A stretch of DNA of 64,000 nucleotides, taken from the NCBI GenBank assembly GCA_900768755.1, contig CAAGDV010000025.1, positions 39,355 through 103,354 of the forward strand. The letters run 5' to 3'. The position numbers and the translations under genes are program-made. Source of the stretch: Lachnospiraceae bacterium. Lineage in GTDB: Bacteria; Bacillota; Clostridia; Lachnospirales; Lachnospiraceae. This document shows, piece after piece, positions 28,686-37,680 of this stretch. The notes beneath the pieces were generated by a model. The model saw only the letters and a list, made by a program, of their open reading frames with translations, made no database searches and was not told the origin of the DNA. Numbering within the stretch: the first letter of the stretch is position 1; the number at the start of each line of letters is the position of its first letter.

Positions 28686-31600
28686 ATGGAAGAGAAAAGT
28701 TTTTTTGAAACATTTCCGACTTTGCAGCTAAAAAAAGAAGTGGCTTCGGTTATGGCTGATTCAACAATAACACATATTGTCATGAACAGCCAAAAGAGCC
28801 GGGTCAAAATATATGTCAGCTTTAAAAGGCTCATCGGGCGTGACGTCATTGCTTATGTTGAGAATGAGATAGGCCGCCAGATAAGGCCTTTTTTTGGCAT
28901 GGAGATAAAAATAACCGAGAAATTTGAACTGTCAACCTTACATACGCCAAAGACCATACTTGACGAGTACCGCGACAGTATTTTGTTCGAACTTAAGAAC
29001 AAAGGAATGCTGTTGCGAAATGTCTTTTCCGAAGCGGACCTGGCTACGGATGACAACGGCAATATATCTCTGACCTTCGCCGACAATTTTGTGGCGAGAC
29101 AGTTTGCGGACGAGATATGCGATTATCTTAAGGACATGTTTATCACGAGGTTTGCCAAGGACATCGATGTGACTGCCGGATACAAGGAAAAAGAGAAGAG
29201 CAGGAGAAGCAGGGAGACTGAGTACATACTTGACAGAAGGGTTCAGGAGATTGCCGACAGAGTGACTGAGGCAGAGGAAAAAGAGACCGCAGCTGCCGCT
29301 GTAAAAGCAGAGAAAACCGAGGCACCGAAGCAAAACAACAGCAGCTATTCGCCAAAAGCTTTTGCCGGTAAAGGAAGAAATGCCGCAAATGGTAATTTTG
29401 TGCGTCCTATCAGAAAATCCGACAATCCGGATATCATTTACGGCAGGGATTTTGAGGACGAGGCAATTGAACTGTCAGGTGTCGTTGGAGAGATGGGTGA
29501 GATTACCTTCCGCGGTCAGGTTATGAACGTTGACAAAAGGGAGCTCCGAAACGGCAAAGTTATTCTCATGTTTGACATGACGGATTTTACAGACTCAATA
29601 ACGATCAAGCTTTTTTTGCAGCCGGAGCAGGTGGAAGAACTTACAAAGAACATATCTGCCGGAGCGTTTTTGAAGGTCAAAGGAGTGACGACAATCGATA
29701 AATTCTCGGGTGAGCTGACCATCGGCTCGGTTGCGGGAATTATGAAGATACCGGATTTTAGAAAAAAACGTCTCGACCTCGCGCTTGAGAAGCGTGTGGA
29801 GCTTCACTGCCATACCAAGATGAGCGAGTTTGACGGCGTGAGCGATGCCGCTGCCATAGTAAAACAGGCGGCCGACTGGGGACATCAGGCGTTAGCAATC
29901 ACCGACCACGGCGTTGTGCAGGGCTTTACCGATGCATTCCATGCAAAGCTTGGCAACAAGGATTTCAAAATAATATACGGCGTGGAAGCGTATCTTGTAG
30001 ATGACCTCAAAAAAATAATCGAAAACCCGGCAGGGCAGGATTTTGACACATTGTCGGTGGTTTTTGATCTGGAGACGACGGGACTTTCCCCGGTAAAGGA
30101 CCGTATTATAGAGATAGGCGCGGTAAAAATACTCGGAGGCAAGATAATCGACCGTTTCTCATGTTTTGTCAATCCCGAAATCCCTATTCCGTACGATATC
30201 CAGAGTCTTACGGGAATCAATGACAGAATGGTCGAGAATGCGGAGACCATAGAGACTGTGCTTCCGCGTTTTATGGAGTTTTGCAAGGATGCGGTCATGG
30301 TTGCTCACAATGCGGGATTTGACGTGGGATTTATCAAAGAAAAATGCAAAACCGTGCTTAATATGGATTATGAATGTACGGTTGTCGATACCGTTGCGCT
30401 TGCGAGGGCTCTTTTGCCGGCACTCGGAAAATTCACACTCGACCATGTTGCCAAGGCTTTGGGAATTCCGCCGTTTAATCATCACCGCGCAGTGGACGAT
30501 TCCGAGGCATGTGCCGACATATACGGTGCACTTATCAAGAAACTGAGAAGCCGTGGCATTGACAACATGGACAGGGTCAACGAGACCACTGAATTCAATA
30601 TCAATGCAATAAGAAAGGCGAAAACCTACCACGCCATTATTCTGGCAAAAAGCGAAGTCGGCAGAGTTAATCTGTACCGTCTTATTTCGATGTCCAATAT
30701 TACATACTACAACAAAAGACCGAGAATTCCCAAAAGCGAGATTTTAAAACACCGCGAGGGTCTGATCCTCGGCTCGGCCTGCGAGGCGGGAGAACTGTAT
30801 CAGGCAATTTTAAGCGATGCGCCGGATGAGGAGATTGTAAGGCTTGTCAATTTCTACGATTATCTGGAGATTCAGCCTCTCGGAAACAACCGATTTATGA
30901 TAGAGGAACCAAAGATTAAAAAAGTCCAAAGCGAGGCAGACCTCATCGCAATCAACAAGGAGATTGTTGCTCTCGGCGAAAAGTTTAACAAGCCCGTTGT
31001 TGCAACCTGCGATGTCCATTTTCTTAATCCGGAAGATGAAATCTACCGCCGCATCATCATGAAAGGCCAGGGATTTCCTGATGCGGACAATCAGGCGCCT
31101 TTGTATCTTAGAACGACAGAGGAGATGCTTGCGGAATTTGCGTATCTCGGCGAGGAAAAAGCGTACGAGGTTGTTGTCGCAAATACACAAAAGATTGCCG
31201 CGGAATGTGACCGTATCGAGCCGGTGCGCCCTGACAAATGCCCGCCGGTTATCCCTCATTCCGATGAGACCTTAAGGGAGATATGCTACAACAACGCCCA
31301 CCGCATGTACGGGCCTGAACTTCCCAAGGTGGTTGCGGACAGGCTTGAGAGGGAGCTCAATTCCATTATTTCCAACGGTTATTCCGTCATGTATATAATT
31401 GCGCAGAAGCTTGTGTGGAAGTCCAATGAGGACGGATATCTGGTAGGCTCTAGAGGTTCGGTAGGTTCTTCTTTTGCCGCGACAATGGCGGGAATAACGG
31501 AGGTTAATCCGCTCAGTCCTCACTATCTGTGCCCAAAATGCTATTACTGTGATTTTGACAGTCCTGAGGTTAAGGCTTTTGCGGGCGGCGCCGGATGCGA

Positions 31601-33152
31601 TATGCCCGATAAGAAATGCCCGGTCTGTGGAGGAGACCTTAACAAAGAGGGATTTGACATACCTTTTGAGACCTTCCTGGGATTTAACGGCGACAAGGAG
31701 CCGGATATCGATTTGAACTTTTCGGGAGAGTATCAGTCAAAAGCGCATGCGTACGTCGAGGTTATTTTTGGCGAAGGCCAGACCTTTAAAGCGGGGACTG
31801 TAGGCACACTCGCAGACAAAACAATGTACGGTTACGTGAAAAATTATTATGCCGAGAAGAAGGAACACAAGAGGGACTGCGAGATTAACCGTATTGTGGC
31901 GGGAGGCGTCGGAGTCAAGAGAACGACGGGGCAGCACCCGGGAGGCATTATTGTTCTGCCGTACGGAGAGGAGATTCATTCTTTTACCCCGATTCAGCAC
32001 CCGGCAAACGATATGACCTCAAACATAATCACGACGCATTTTGATTACCACAGCATTGACCACAACCTGTTAAAACTTGATATTCTGGGGCATGATGACC
32101 CCACAATGATAAGGATGCTTCAGGACCTTACGGGAATGGACCCTAGGACAATTCCGCTTGACAGCCCTGAGGTAATGTCGCTCTTTCAGAGCACGGAGGC
32201 GCTAAAAATTACGCCCGATGATATCGGGGGAACTAAGCTCGGGTGCCTCGGAATTCCTGAGTTTGGAACGGATTTTGCCATGCAGATGTTAATTGAGACG
32301 CAGCCGAAGCATTTTTCCGACCTTGTCCGCATTGCGGGTCTGTCACACGGCACCGACGTATGGCTCGGAAATGCGCAGGAACTCATCTCAAAAGGAACGG
32401 CGACAATTTCAACCGCCATATGTACCAGAGACGATATTATGACCTACCTTATCGGCATGGGAATTGAGGCCGGTAAAGCCTTTAAAATCATGGAAAACGT
32501 CCGCAAGGGAAATGTCGCGAAGCACAAGTGTGACAAATGGGATGAGTGGAAGGCGGATATGATTGAGCACGGTGTACCCGAATGGTATATCTGGTCCTGC
32601 GAGCGTATCCAGTACATGTTCCCAAAGGCGCACGCCGCTGCATACGTAATGATGGCGTGGAGAATAGCGTACTGCAAGGTATTTTTCCCGCTGGAGTACT
32701 ATGCGTCATACTTCAGCATCAGGGCGGATGATTTTTCATATGAGCTGATGTGCTTCGGCAAAGAAAAACTTGAGCATTATATCAATGAGTTCAAAAGAAG
32801 GTCCGACTTAAGTAACAAAGAGGAAGGCCAGCTTAAGGACATGCGCATTGTGCAGGAGATGTATGCGAGAGGTTTTGAGTTTATTCCGATTGACCTCTAT
32901 AAGTCACAGGCGCGCAATTTCCAGATTGTTGACGGCAAACTTCTGCCGCCGTTTAAATCGATTGACGGACTCGGAGAATCTTCCGCAGACAATATTTACG
33001 AGGCGGCAAAAAACGGAGAGTTCCTTTCGCAGGAGGACTTCATAAACAGGACAAAGGTTTCCAAAACCAATGTAACCCTTATGGCGGATTTGGGAATATT
33101 GAGCAATCTGCCGGAAAGCAACCAGCTGTCTTTTTTTGACATGCTTAAGTAA
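28686..33152 (+). CDS. polC: DNA polymerase III PolC-type (Gram-positive replicase)
   Basis: 1488 aa with an internal DEDDh exonuclease (FDLETTGLS), PHP and polymerase domains. Confidence 0.97.
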   Translation: MEEKSFFETFPTLQLKKEVASVMADSTITHIVMNSQKSRVKIYVSFKRLIGRDVIAYVENEIGRQIRPFFGMEIKITEKFELSTLHTPKTILDEYRDSILFELKNKGMLLRNVFSEADLATDDNGNISLTFADNFVARQFADEICDYLKDMFITRFAKDIDVTAGYKEKEKSRRSRETEYILDRRVQEIADRVTEAEEKETAAAAVKAEKTEAPKQNNSSYSPKAFAGKGRNAANGNFVRPIRKSDNPDIIYGRDFEDEAIELSGVVGEMGEITFRGQVMNVDKRELRNGKVILMFDMTDFTDSITIKLFLQPEQVEELTKNISAGAFLKVKGVTTIDKFSGELTIGSVAGIMKIPDFRKKRLDLALEKRVELHCHTKMSEFDGVSDAAAIVKQAADWGHQALAITDHGVVQGFTDAFHAKLGNKDFKIIYGVEAYLVDDLKKIIENPAGQDFDTLSVVFDLETTGLSPVKDRIIEIGAVKILGGKIIDRFSCFVNPEIPIPYDIQSLTGINDRMVENAETIETVLPRFMEFCKDAVMVAHNAGFDVGFIKEKCKTVLNMDYECTVVDTVALARALLPALGKFTLDHVAKALGIPPFNHHRAVDDSEACADIYGALIKKLRSRGIDNMDRVNETTEFNINAIRKAKTYHAIILAKSEVGRVNLYRLISMSNITYYNKRPRIPKSEILKHREGLILGSACEAGELYQAILSDAPDEEIVRLVNFYDYLEIQPLGNNRFMIEEPKIKKVQSEADLIAINKEIVALGEKFNKPVVATCDVHFLNPEDEIYRRIIMKGQGFPDADNQAPLYLRTTEEMLAEFAYLGEEKAYEVVVANTQKIAAECDRIEPVRPDKCPPVIPHSDETLREICYNNAHRMYGPELPKVVADRLERELNSIISNGYSVMYIIAQKLVWKSNEDGYLVGSRGSVGSSFAATMAGITEVNPLSPHYLCPKCYYCDFDSPEVKAFAGGAGCDMPDKKCPVCGGDLNKEGFDIPFETFLGFNGDKEPDIDLNFSGEYQSKAHAYVEVIFGEGQTFKAGTVGTLADKTMYGYVKNYYAEKKEHKRDCEINRIVAGGVGVKRTTGQHPGGIIVLPYGEEIHSFTPIQHPANDMTSNIITTHFDYHSIDHNLLKLDILGHDDPTMIRMLQDLTGMDPRTIPLDSPEVMSLFQSTEALKITPDDIGGTKLGCLGIPEFGTDFAMQMLIETQPKHFSDLVRIAGLSHGTDVWLGNAQELISKGTATISTAICTRDDIMTYLIGMGIEAGKAFKIMENVRKGNVAKHKCDKWDEWKADMIEHGVPEWYIWSCERIQYMFPKAHAAAYVMMAWRIAYCKVFFPLEYYASYFSIRADDFSYELMCFGKEKLEHYINEFKRRSDLSNKEEGQLKDMRIVQEMYARGFEFIPIDLYKSQARNFQIVDGKLLPPFKSIDGLGESSADNIYEAAKNGEFLSQEDFINRTKVSKTNVTLMADLGILSNLPESNQLSFFDMLK

Positions 33153-33157
33153 TGCTA

Positions 33158-33186
33158 TTGACATATTTTTTCCTTAAAGGTAAAAT
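33158..33186 (+). promoter_or_regulatory. sigma-A promoter
   Basis: TTGACA, 17-nt spacer, TAAAAT. Confidence 0.5.
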
Positions 33187-33211
33187 ACAGAATAACGTAA
33201 GGAGACAGTTT

Positions 33212-33715
33212 ATGAAAAAGAGATTTTTATCATTGATTCTTGTGCTTTTTACCGTGTTCGCTGTGAGCGGATGTTCGGTAAGGGGCATTTCTGACACTAC
33301 TACGGCTGAGACAACTACCGGCGTCATTGACGAGAGCACCGTCAATGTAACTCTGGAGCAGTTCCGCAAGATTTGCGAGGACAACGGCATGACAGTGTAC
33401 GACAGCACCGAGTATGATAAGGGTGAGGTGTATATAGCGGAGGGTAACGGCCTTCACGCACAGTACTATATTCACTATAACGCCGAGGAGGTTGATCGGG
33501 CATTCAGCAAGCTTTTGGTTGTGTGCGCGCGCAAATTTAACCAGGAAAGCTACGAATCCGTTGAATTCGACGATGAATACTACGGAACATTTATGTACAA
33601 TGACAGCGTGGAGATTTACGCTTCCTACAGAAGTACGGCTATCCTTTATGTCACCAATATTACCGAAGACGGAATTGGCAAGGTAAAAGATTTTGCCGAG
33701 TCAATCAAATATTAG
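33212..33715 (+). CDS. putative lipoprotein
   Basis: MKKRFLSLILVLFTVFAVSGCS lipobox. RBS aaggag. Confidence 0.6.
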   Translation: MKKRFLSLILVLFTVFAVSGCSVRGISDTTTAETTTGVIDESTVNVTLEQFRKICEDNGMTVYDSTEYDKGEVYIAEGNGLHAQYYIHYNAEEVDRAFSKLLVVCARKFNQESYESVEFDDEYYGTFMYNDSVEIYASYRSTAILYVTNITEDGIGKVKDFAESIKY

Positions 33716-33724
33716 GAGAGAACC

Positions 33725-34294
33725 ATGTCAGATACCGGACGCATTGCACGTGCAATTGAATTTGCCCGCCGCTCCCACGAAGGTAGTTTTCGTAAAGGAA
33801 CGGATATTCCTTACATCAACCATCCCCTTGAGGTTTTTGATATCGTAAAGGGGATGACGGATGATGAGGATGTGATTATTGCGGCTTTGTTACACGACGT
33901 CGTTGAGGATACGCCGTGCTCTGTGTCCGACATTGAAGAAATGTTCGGCGCGCGTGTGGCGGAACTGGTAAAAGCGGAGAGCGAGGACAAAAGAAGAGAC
34001 CTTCCGCCTGAGTCAACCTGGAAAATCAGAAAGACGGAGTCGATAGAACACCTGAGAAAATCCCCGATTGATGTGAAGATAATCGCCCTGGCGGACAAAT
34101 TATCCAATATGCGCGCAACGCAGAAGCAGTATGCGATTAAGGGCGAGGACATGTGGAAGTGCTTTAATGAGAAGAATCACAGCGTGCAGGGCTGGTACTA
34201 TTATTCAATCGCCGATGCCGTAAAAGAACTGTCCGATACAAAGGAATGGAAAGAGTATCTGAGTCTGTGCGAAGATGTTTTTTCCGAAAAATAA
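33725..34294 (+). CDS. HD-domain phosphohydrolase (RelA/SpoT-type hydrolase fold)
   Basis: H..HPLEV, LLHDVVEDT. Confidence 0.7.
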   Translation: MSDTGRIARAIEFARRSHEGSFRKGTDIPYINHPLEVFDIVKGMTDDEDVIIAALLHDVVEDTPCSVSDIEEMFGARVAELVKAESEDKRRDLPPESTWKIRKTESIEHLRKSPIDVKIIALADKLSNMRATQKQYAIKGEDMWKCFNEKNHSVQGWYYYSIADAVKELSDTKEWKEYLSLCEDVFSEK

Positions 34295-34313
34295 ATTTTT
34301 TTTAAAAAAGTGC

Positions 34314-34342
34314 TTGCATTTTCTATAAAGGTATAGTATGAT
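34314..34342 (+). promoter_or_regulatory. sigma-A promoter of tRNA-Glu
   Basis: TTGCAT, 17-nt spacer, TATGAT. The tRNA 5' end is 20 nt downstream. Confidence 0.65.
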
Positions 34343-34361
34343 AAACAAGCACGAGACAGAT

Positions 34362-34433
34362 GGCCAATTGGTCAAGCGGTTAAGACGCCGCCCTCTCACG
34401 GCGGAAACAGGGGTTCGATTCCCCTATTGGCTA
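34362..34433 (+). tRNA. tRNA-Glu (anticodon CTC), no encoded CCA
   Basis: 72 nt. Acceptor GGCCAAT/ATTGGCT (G1·U72). D-arm GGTCAAGCGGTTAAGAC. Anticodon stem CCGCC/GGCGG with loop CTCTCAC. T-arm AGGGGTTCGATTCCCCT. Near-identical to Bacillus tRNA-Glu apart from the anticodon. Confidence 0.85.
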
Positions 34434-34458
34434 CTTTATTTTCATATTTTCTCAGCAT

Positions 34459-34499
34459 CCCTCATGAACCGGTATTTTCAAGGTTATGAGGGCTTTTTT
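34459..34499 (+). terminator. terminator after the tRNA
   Basis: Stem ccctcat/atgaggg with a 20-nt loop, then cttttttat. Confidence 0.5.
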
Positions 34500-34577
34500 A
34501 TGCCAAAATACCAAACATCAGTTGTTATTATCAGAAATAAATGGTATAATGAAATATACTTTTTACGGAGGTATCGG

Positions 34578-36131
34578 ATGAAGCGAAGGTTTGTATCAAT
34601 AATCACAACACTGGTTATTGTTATTTCATTGTTGTGCGGATGCGCAATACCGTCACCCAACATATCAGTTGAGAAGCAGTCGGCGGGTCCCGGAGCCGGA
34701 ACAACGGCAGTTGCCGACGCTGACACATCCACTTTTGCGGATTCTGTAGAAGTATCCGGCGAGGAATTAACAGAGGCTAACGCGGACAACACGACTGATA
34801 ACACTGACGGTGTAAAGAACACTTCCGCAGATAATACCGCAACCATATCTGACGGCGATAGTGAGACAGGTACACAGCCTTATGTGACAACCGAGGACAA
34901 CAACGGTACAACAACTTCATCAGATGCACGAGAGACTACGGAGCTGACAAGCTCGGTTTCCGATAAGCAGACAACAACTGCAGATAAACAGACGACTGCA
35001 GATAAGCAGACGACTGCAGATAAACAGACGACGGATGATAAGCAGACGACCTCTGCAGACAAGCAGACAACAACTGCGCAGCAGACGACAACCGCGCAGC
35101 AGACAACAACCGCTCAGCAGACGACAACTGCACAGCAGACAACATCAGGCGAGCAGACCACTTCTCCAACGCAGTCGACTACGGAGGATGTCACCGATCC
35201 ACCAACGGTCGCAAGAGGAGAATACCCTGTTATTGCGGGAGATTCATCTACAGTTGTTCATTATGCAACGGAGACTACAACCGGTTCCGCTGCAATGACC
35301 AGACTTGCGGACAAATTCCGCAATGCATATGACAATTGGGATTTCACGGGATTTACCGCATATGAACTTGAGATTTTCAAGGGAGTAAAGAAAGCTCTGG
35401 ATTCTGCCGCAGGATATACAAGGGATGTCGATAAGGAGAAAGCAATCCATGACTGGATTGTGCTCAATTGTGAGTACTGTCAGGATGAGCTTAATATTAC
35501 CGGCAATAGTGTTGCGCATAAAGCCTGCTATGAGATTGACGGAGTTTTCAGATACGGCAGAGCCGTGTGCGACGGATATCAGAAAGCTTTTCTTTTGTGC
35601 ATGAGAATTCTGGGAATAGAATGCGAGACCGTCACCGGAACCTGTACCGGGGGACTTCATGCATGGAATGTTGTTAAGATTGGCGGAGAGTGGTATCAGA
35701 TTGACTGTACATGGGACGATCCGATTCCGGATGTTTCGGGAAGAGTGCTGTATAATTATTTTAACCTCACTGATTCACAGATGAAACAGGACCACACTTA
35801 TTCCTGCCAGAGAGTATCCAACTCCACTACATATTCATATTACAATACATACATCAAGAAGAACGGTGATATTTTTGTCACAATCGAGAGCGATTTTCTG
35901 GCGCTGATAGATTACGTCGTTGCTAATAATACAACCGAGATTGTTGTCTATATTGAGTACAATTTTATTAATGAACACCTTGCATCGGTTGAAGGCAAGA
36001 CAGGATACGGTTGTGATACCTGCCGCGGCTATTCGGTTGAGCGACTCGGAAAGTACAGCAGTGCAATAACATTCGGAGACTATTTCCCCTACAACGGTTA
36101 TATGTATGTGACATCTACATTCAGACCATAG
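34578..36131 (+). CDS. lipoprotein with Thr/Gln-rich repeats and C-terminal transglutaminase-like cysteine-protease domain
   Basis: Lipobox LLCGC. Repeats (DKQTTA)n and (AQQTTT)n. CDGYQKAF…GGLHAWNVV…DCTWDD (Cys-His-Asp). ATG at 34578 with RBS ggaggt. The tracked ORF has an upstream extension overlapping the tRNA. Confidence 0.7.
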   Translation: MKRRFVSIITTLVIVISLLCGCAIPSPNISVEKQSAGPGAGTTAVADADTSTFADSVEVSGEELTEANADNTTDNTDGVKNTSADNTATISDGDSETGTQPYVTTEDNNGTTTSSDARETTELTSSVSDKQTTTADKQTTADKQTTADKQTTDDKQTTSADKQTTTAQQTTTAQQTTTAQQTTTAQQTTSGEQTTSPTQSTTEDVTDPPTVARGEYPVIAGDSSTVVHYATETTTGSAAMTRLADKFRNAYDNWDFTGFTAYELEIFKGVKKALDSAAGYTRDVDKEKAIHDWIVLNCEYCQDELNITGNSVAHKACYEIDGVFRYGRAVCDGYQKAFLLCMRILGIECETVTGTCTGGLHAWNVVKIGGEWYQIDCTWDDPIPDVSGRVLYNYFNLTDSQMKQDHTYSCQRVSNSTTYSYYNTYIKKNGDIFVTIESDFLALIDYVVANNTTEIVVYIEYNFINEHLASVEGKTGYGCDTCRGYSVERLGKYSSAITFGDYFPYNGYMYVTSTFRP

Positions 36132-36165
36132 ATGATTATTAATTTAATATAATGGAGGGTATACA

Positions 36166-37602
36166 ATGAAAAATATTTTGTTTATCGCATCGGAAGCGGT
36201 ACCGTTTATCAAAACAGGAGGCCTTGCCGATGTTGCCGGCACACTGCCAAAGTATTTTGACAAGAGCAAATACGACGTAAGGGTAATGATTCCTAATTAC
36301 AAATGTATTCCGCAAAAATACAAGGAGCAGATGCATTTTATCACCAATTTCTACATGGACCTTTCGTGGAGAAGCCAGTATGTAGGTGTTCTGGAAGCGG
36401 AATATGACGGCGTTCATTATTATTTTATTGATAATGAGTTTTATTTTAACGGTTTTAAGCCGTACGGTTATATTCATCAGGACATTGAGAAATTTGCTTT
36501 TTTCAGTAAGGCTGCACTTTCTTCAATACCGCTTATCAATTTTAAACCCGACATCATCCACTGCCACGACTGGCAGACCGGTCTCATTCCGGTGTATATG
36601 AAAGAGCGTTTCCATCAGGGAGCATTCTTTAGGGATATGAAGTCCATAATGACTATACATAACCTGAAATTCCAGGGAATCTGGGACGTAAAATCAGTAA
36701 AAGATATCACCGGACTTCCGGATTCATATTTTACGCCGGACAAGCTGGAGGCTTTCGGAGATGCCAACTACTTAAAGGGCGGAATTGTTTACGCGGACAA
36801 GGTTACAACTGTGAGCGCAAGTTATGCGGAGGAGATTAAGACCGGCTTCTACGGCGAGAAGCTCGACGGACTTATGCGTGCACGCTCCAATGATCTGGTC
36901 GGCATAGTTAACGGAATTGATTATGATGAGTTCAATCCCGAGACGGACACAAGAATAGTTAAGAACTACAACCAGCAGACTTTCCGGAAGGATAAAGTAA
37001 AGAATAAGCTGGCTCTTCAGAAGGAACTTGGACTTACCGTTGATCCGAAGAAGTTTATGATTGGTATTGTGTCAAGACTCACGGACCAGAAAGGTTTTGA
37101 CCTTATTGCGTATGTTATGGACGAGCTGTGCGCAGAGGATGTGCAGCTTGTTGTTCTCGGAACCGGCGAGGAGAGATACGAGAACATGTTCAGACATTTT
37201 GATTGGAAATATCAGAACAGAGTGTCTGCCAACATTTATTATTCTGAGGATATGTCACACAAGATTTATGCATCCTGCGACGCTTTCCTCATGCCGTCTC
37301 TTTTTGAGCCGTGCGGCTTAAGCCAGCTTATGAGCCTTCGATACGGTACAGTGCCGATTGTCAGGGAGACCGGAGGACTCAAGGATACCGTAATCCCTTA
37401 CAATGAGTATGAGGGAACGGGAACGGGCTTCTCATTTGCCAACTACAATGCTCATGAGATGCTTGGCATTGTTAACTACGCAAAACATGTTTTCTACAAC
37501 AGAAAGCGCGACTGGAATAAGCTTGTTGACAGAGGTATGCTTACCGATTTCTCATGGGGAAGCTCGGCAAAGAAGTACGAAGAACTTTACGATAATTTGT
37601 AA
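36166..37602 (+). CDS. glgA: glycogen synthase
   Basis: KTGGLADVAG, 478 aa, GT5 family. Confidence 0.9.
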   Translation: MKNILFIASEAVPFIKTGGLADVAGTLPKYFDKSKYDVRVMIPNYKCIPQKYKEQMHFITNFYMDLSWRSQYVGVLEAEYDGVHYYFIDNEFYFNGFKPYGYIHQDIEKFAFFSKAALSSIPLINFKPDIIHCHDWQTGLIPVYMKERFHQGAFFRDMKSIMTIHNLKFQGIWDVKSVKDITGLPDSYFTPDKLEAFGDANYLKGGIVYADKVTTVSASYAEEIKTGFYGEKLDGLMRARSNDLVGIVNGIDYDEFNPETDTRIVKNYNQQTFRKDKVKNKLALQKELGLTVDPKKFMIGIVSRLTDQKGFDLIAYVMDELCAEDVQLVVLGTGEERYENMFRHFDWKYQNRVSANIYYSEDMSHKIYASCDAFLMPSLFEPCGLSQLMSLRYGTVPIVRETGGLKDTVIPYNEYEGTGTGFSFANYNAHEMLGIVNYAKHVFYNRKRDWNKLVDRGMLTDFSWGSSAKKYEELYDNL

Positions 37603-37637
37603 TTTAGAAATTGTTATTACATCTTAATGGAATTAAA

Positions 37638-37680
37638 ACAGAGCGAGATACAATTTAGGGTACCCCGCTCTGTTTTTATT
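37638..37680. terminator. terminator shared by convergent glgA / rqcH
   Basis: Stem acagagcg/cgctctgt followed by ttttattt. Confidence 0.55.

Noticed and set aside
34338-34577. Upstream 80 codons of ORF 34338..36131
   Set aside because: They overlap the tRNA-Glu gene and its terminator. The true start is the ATG at 34578, preceded by ggaggt and a lipoprotein signal.
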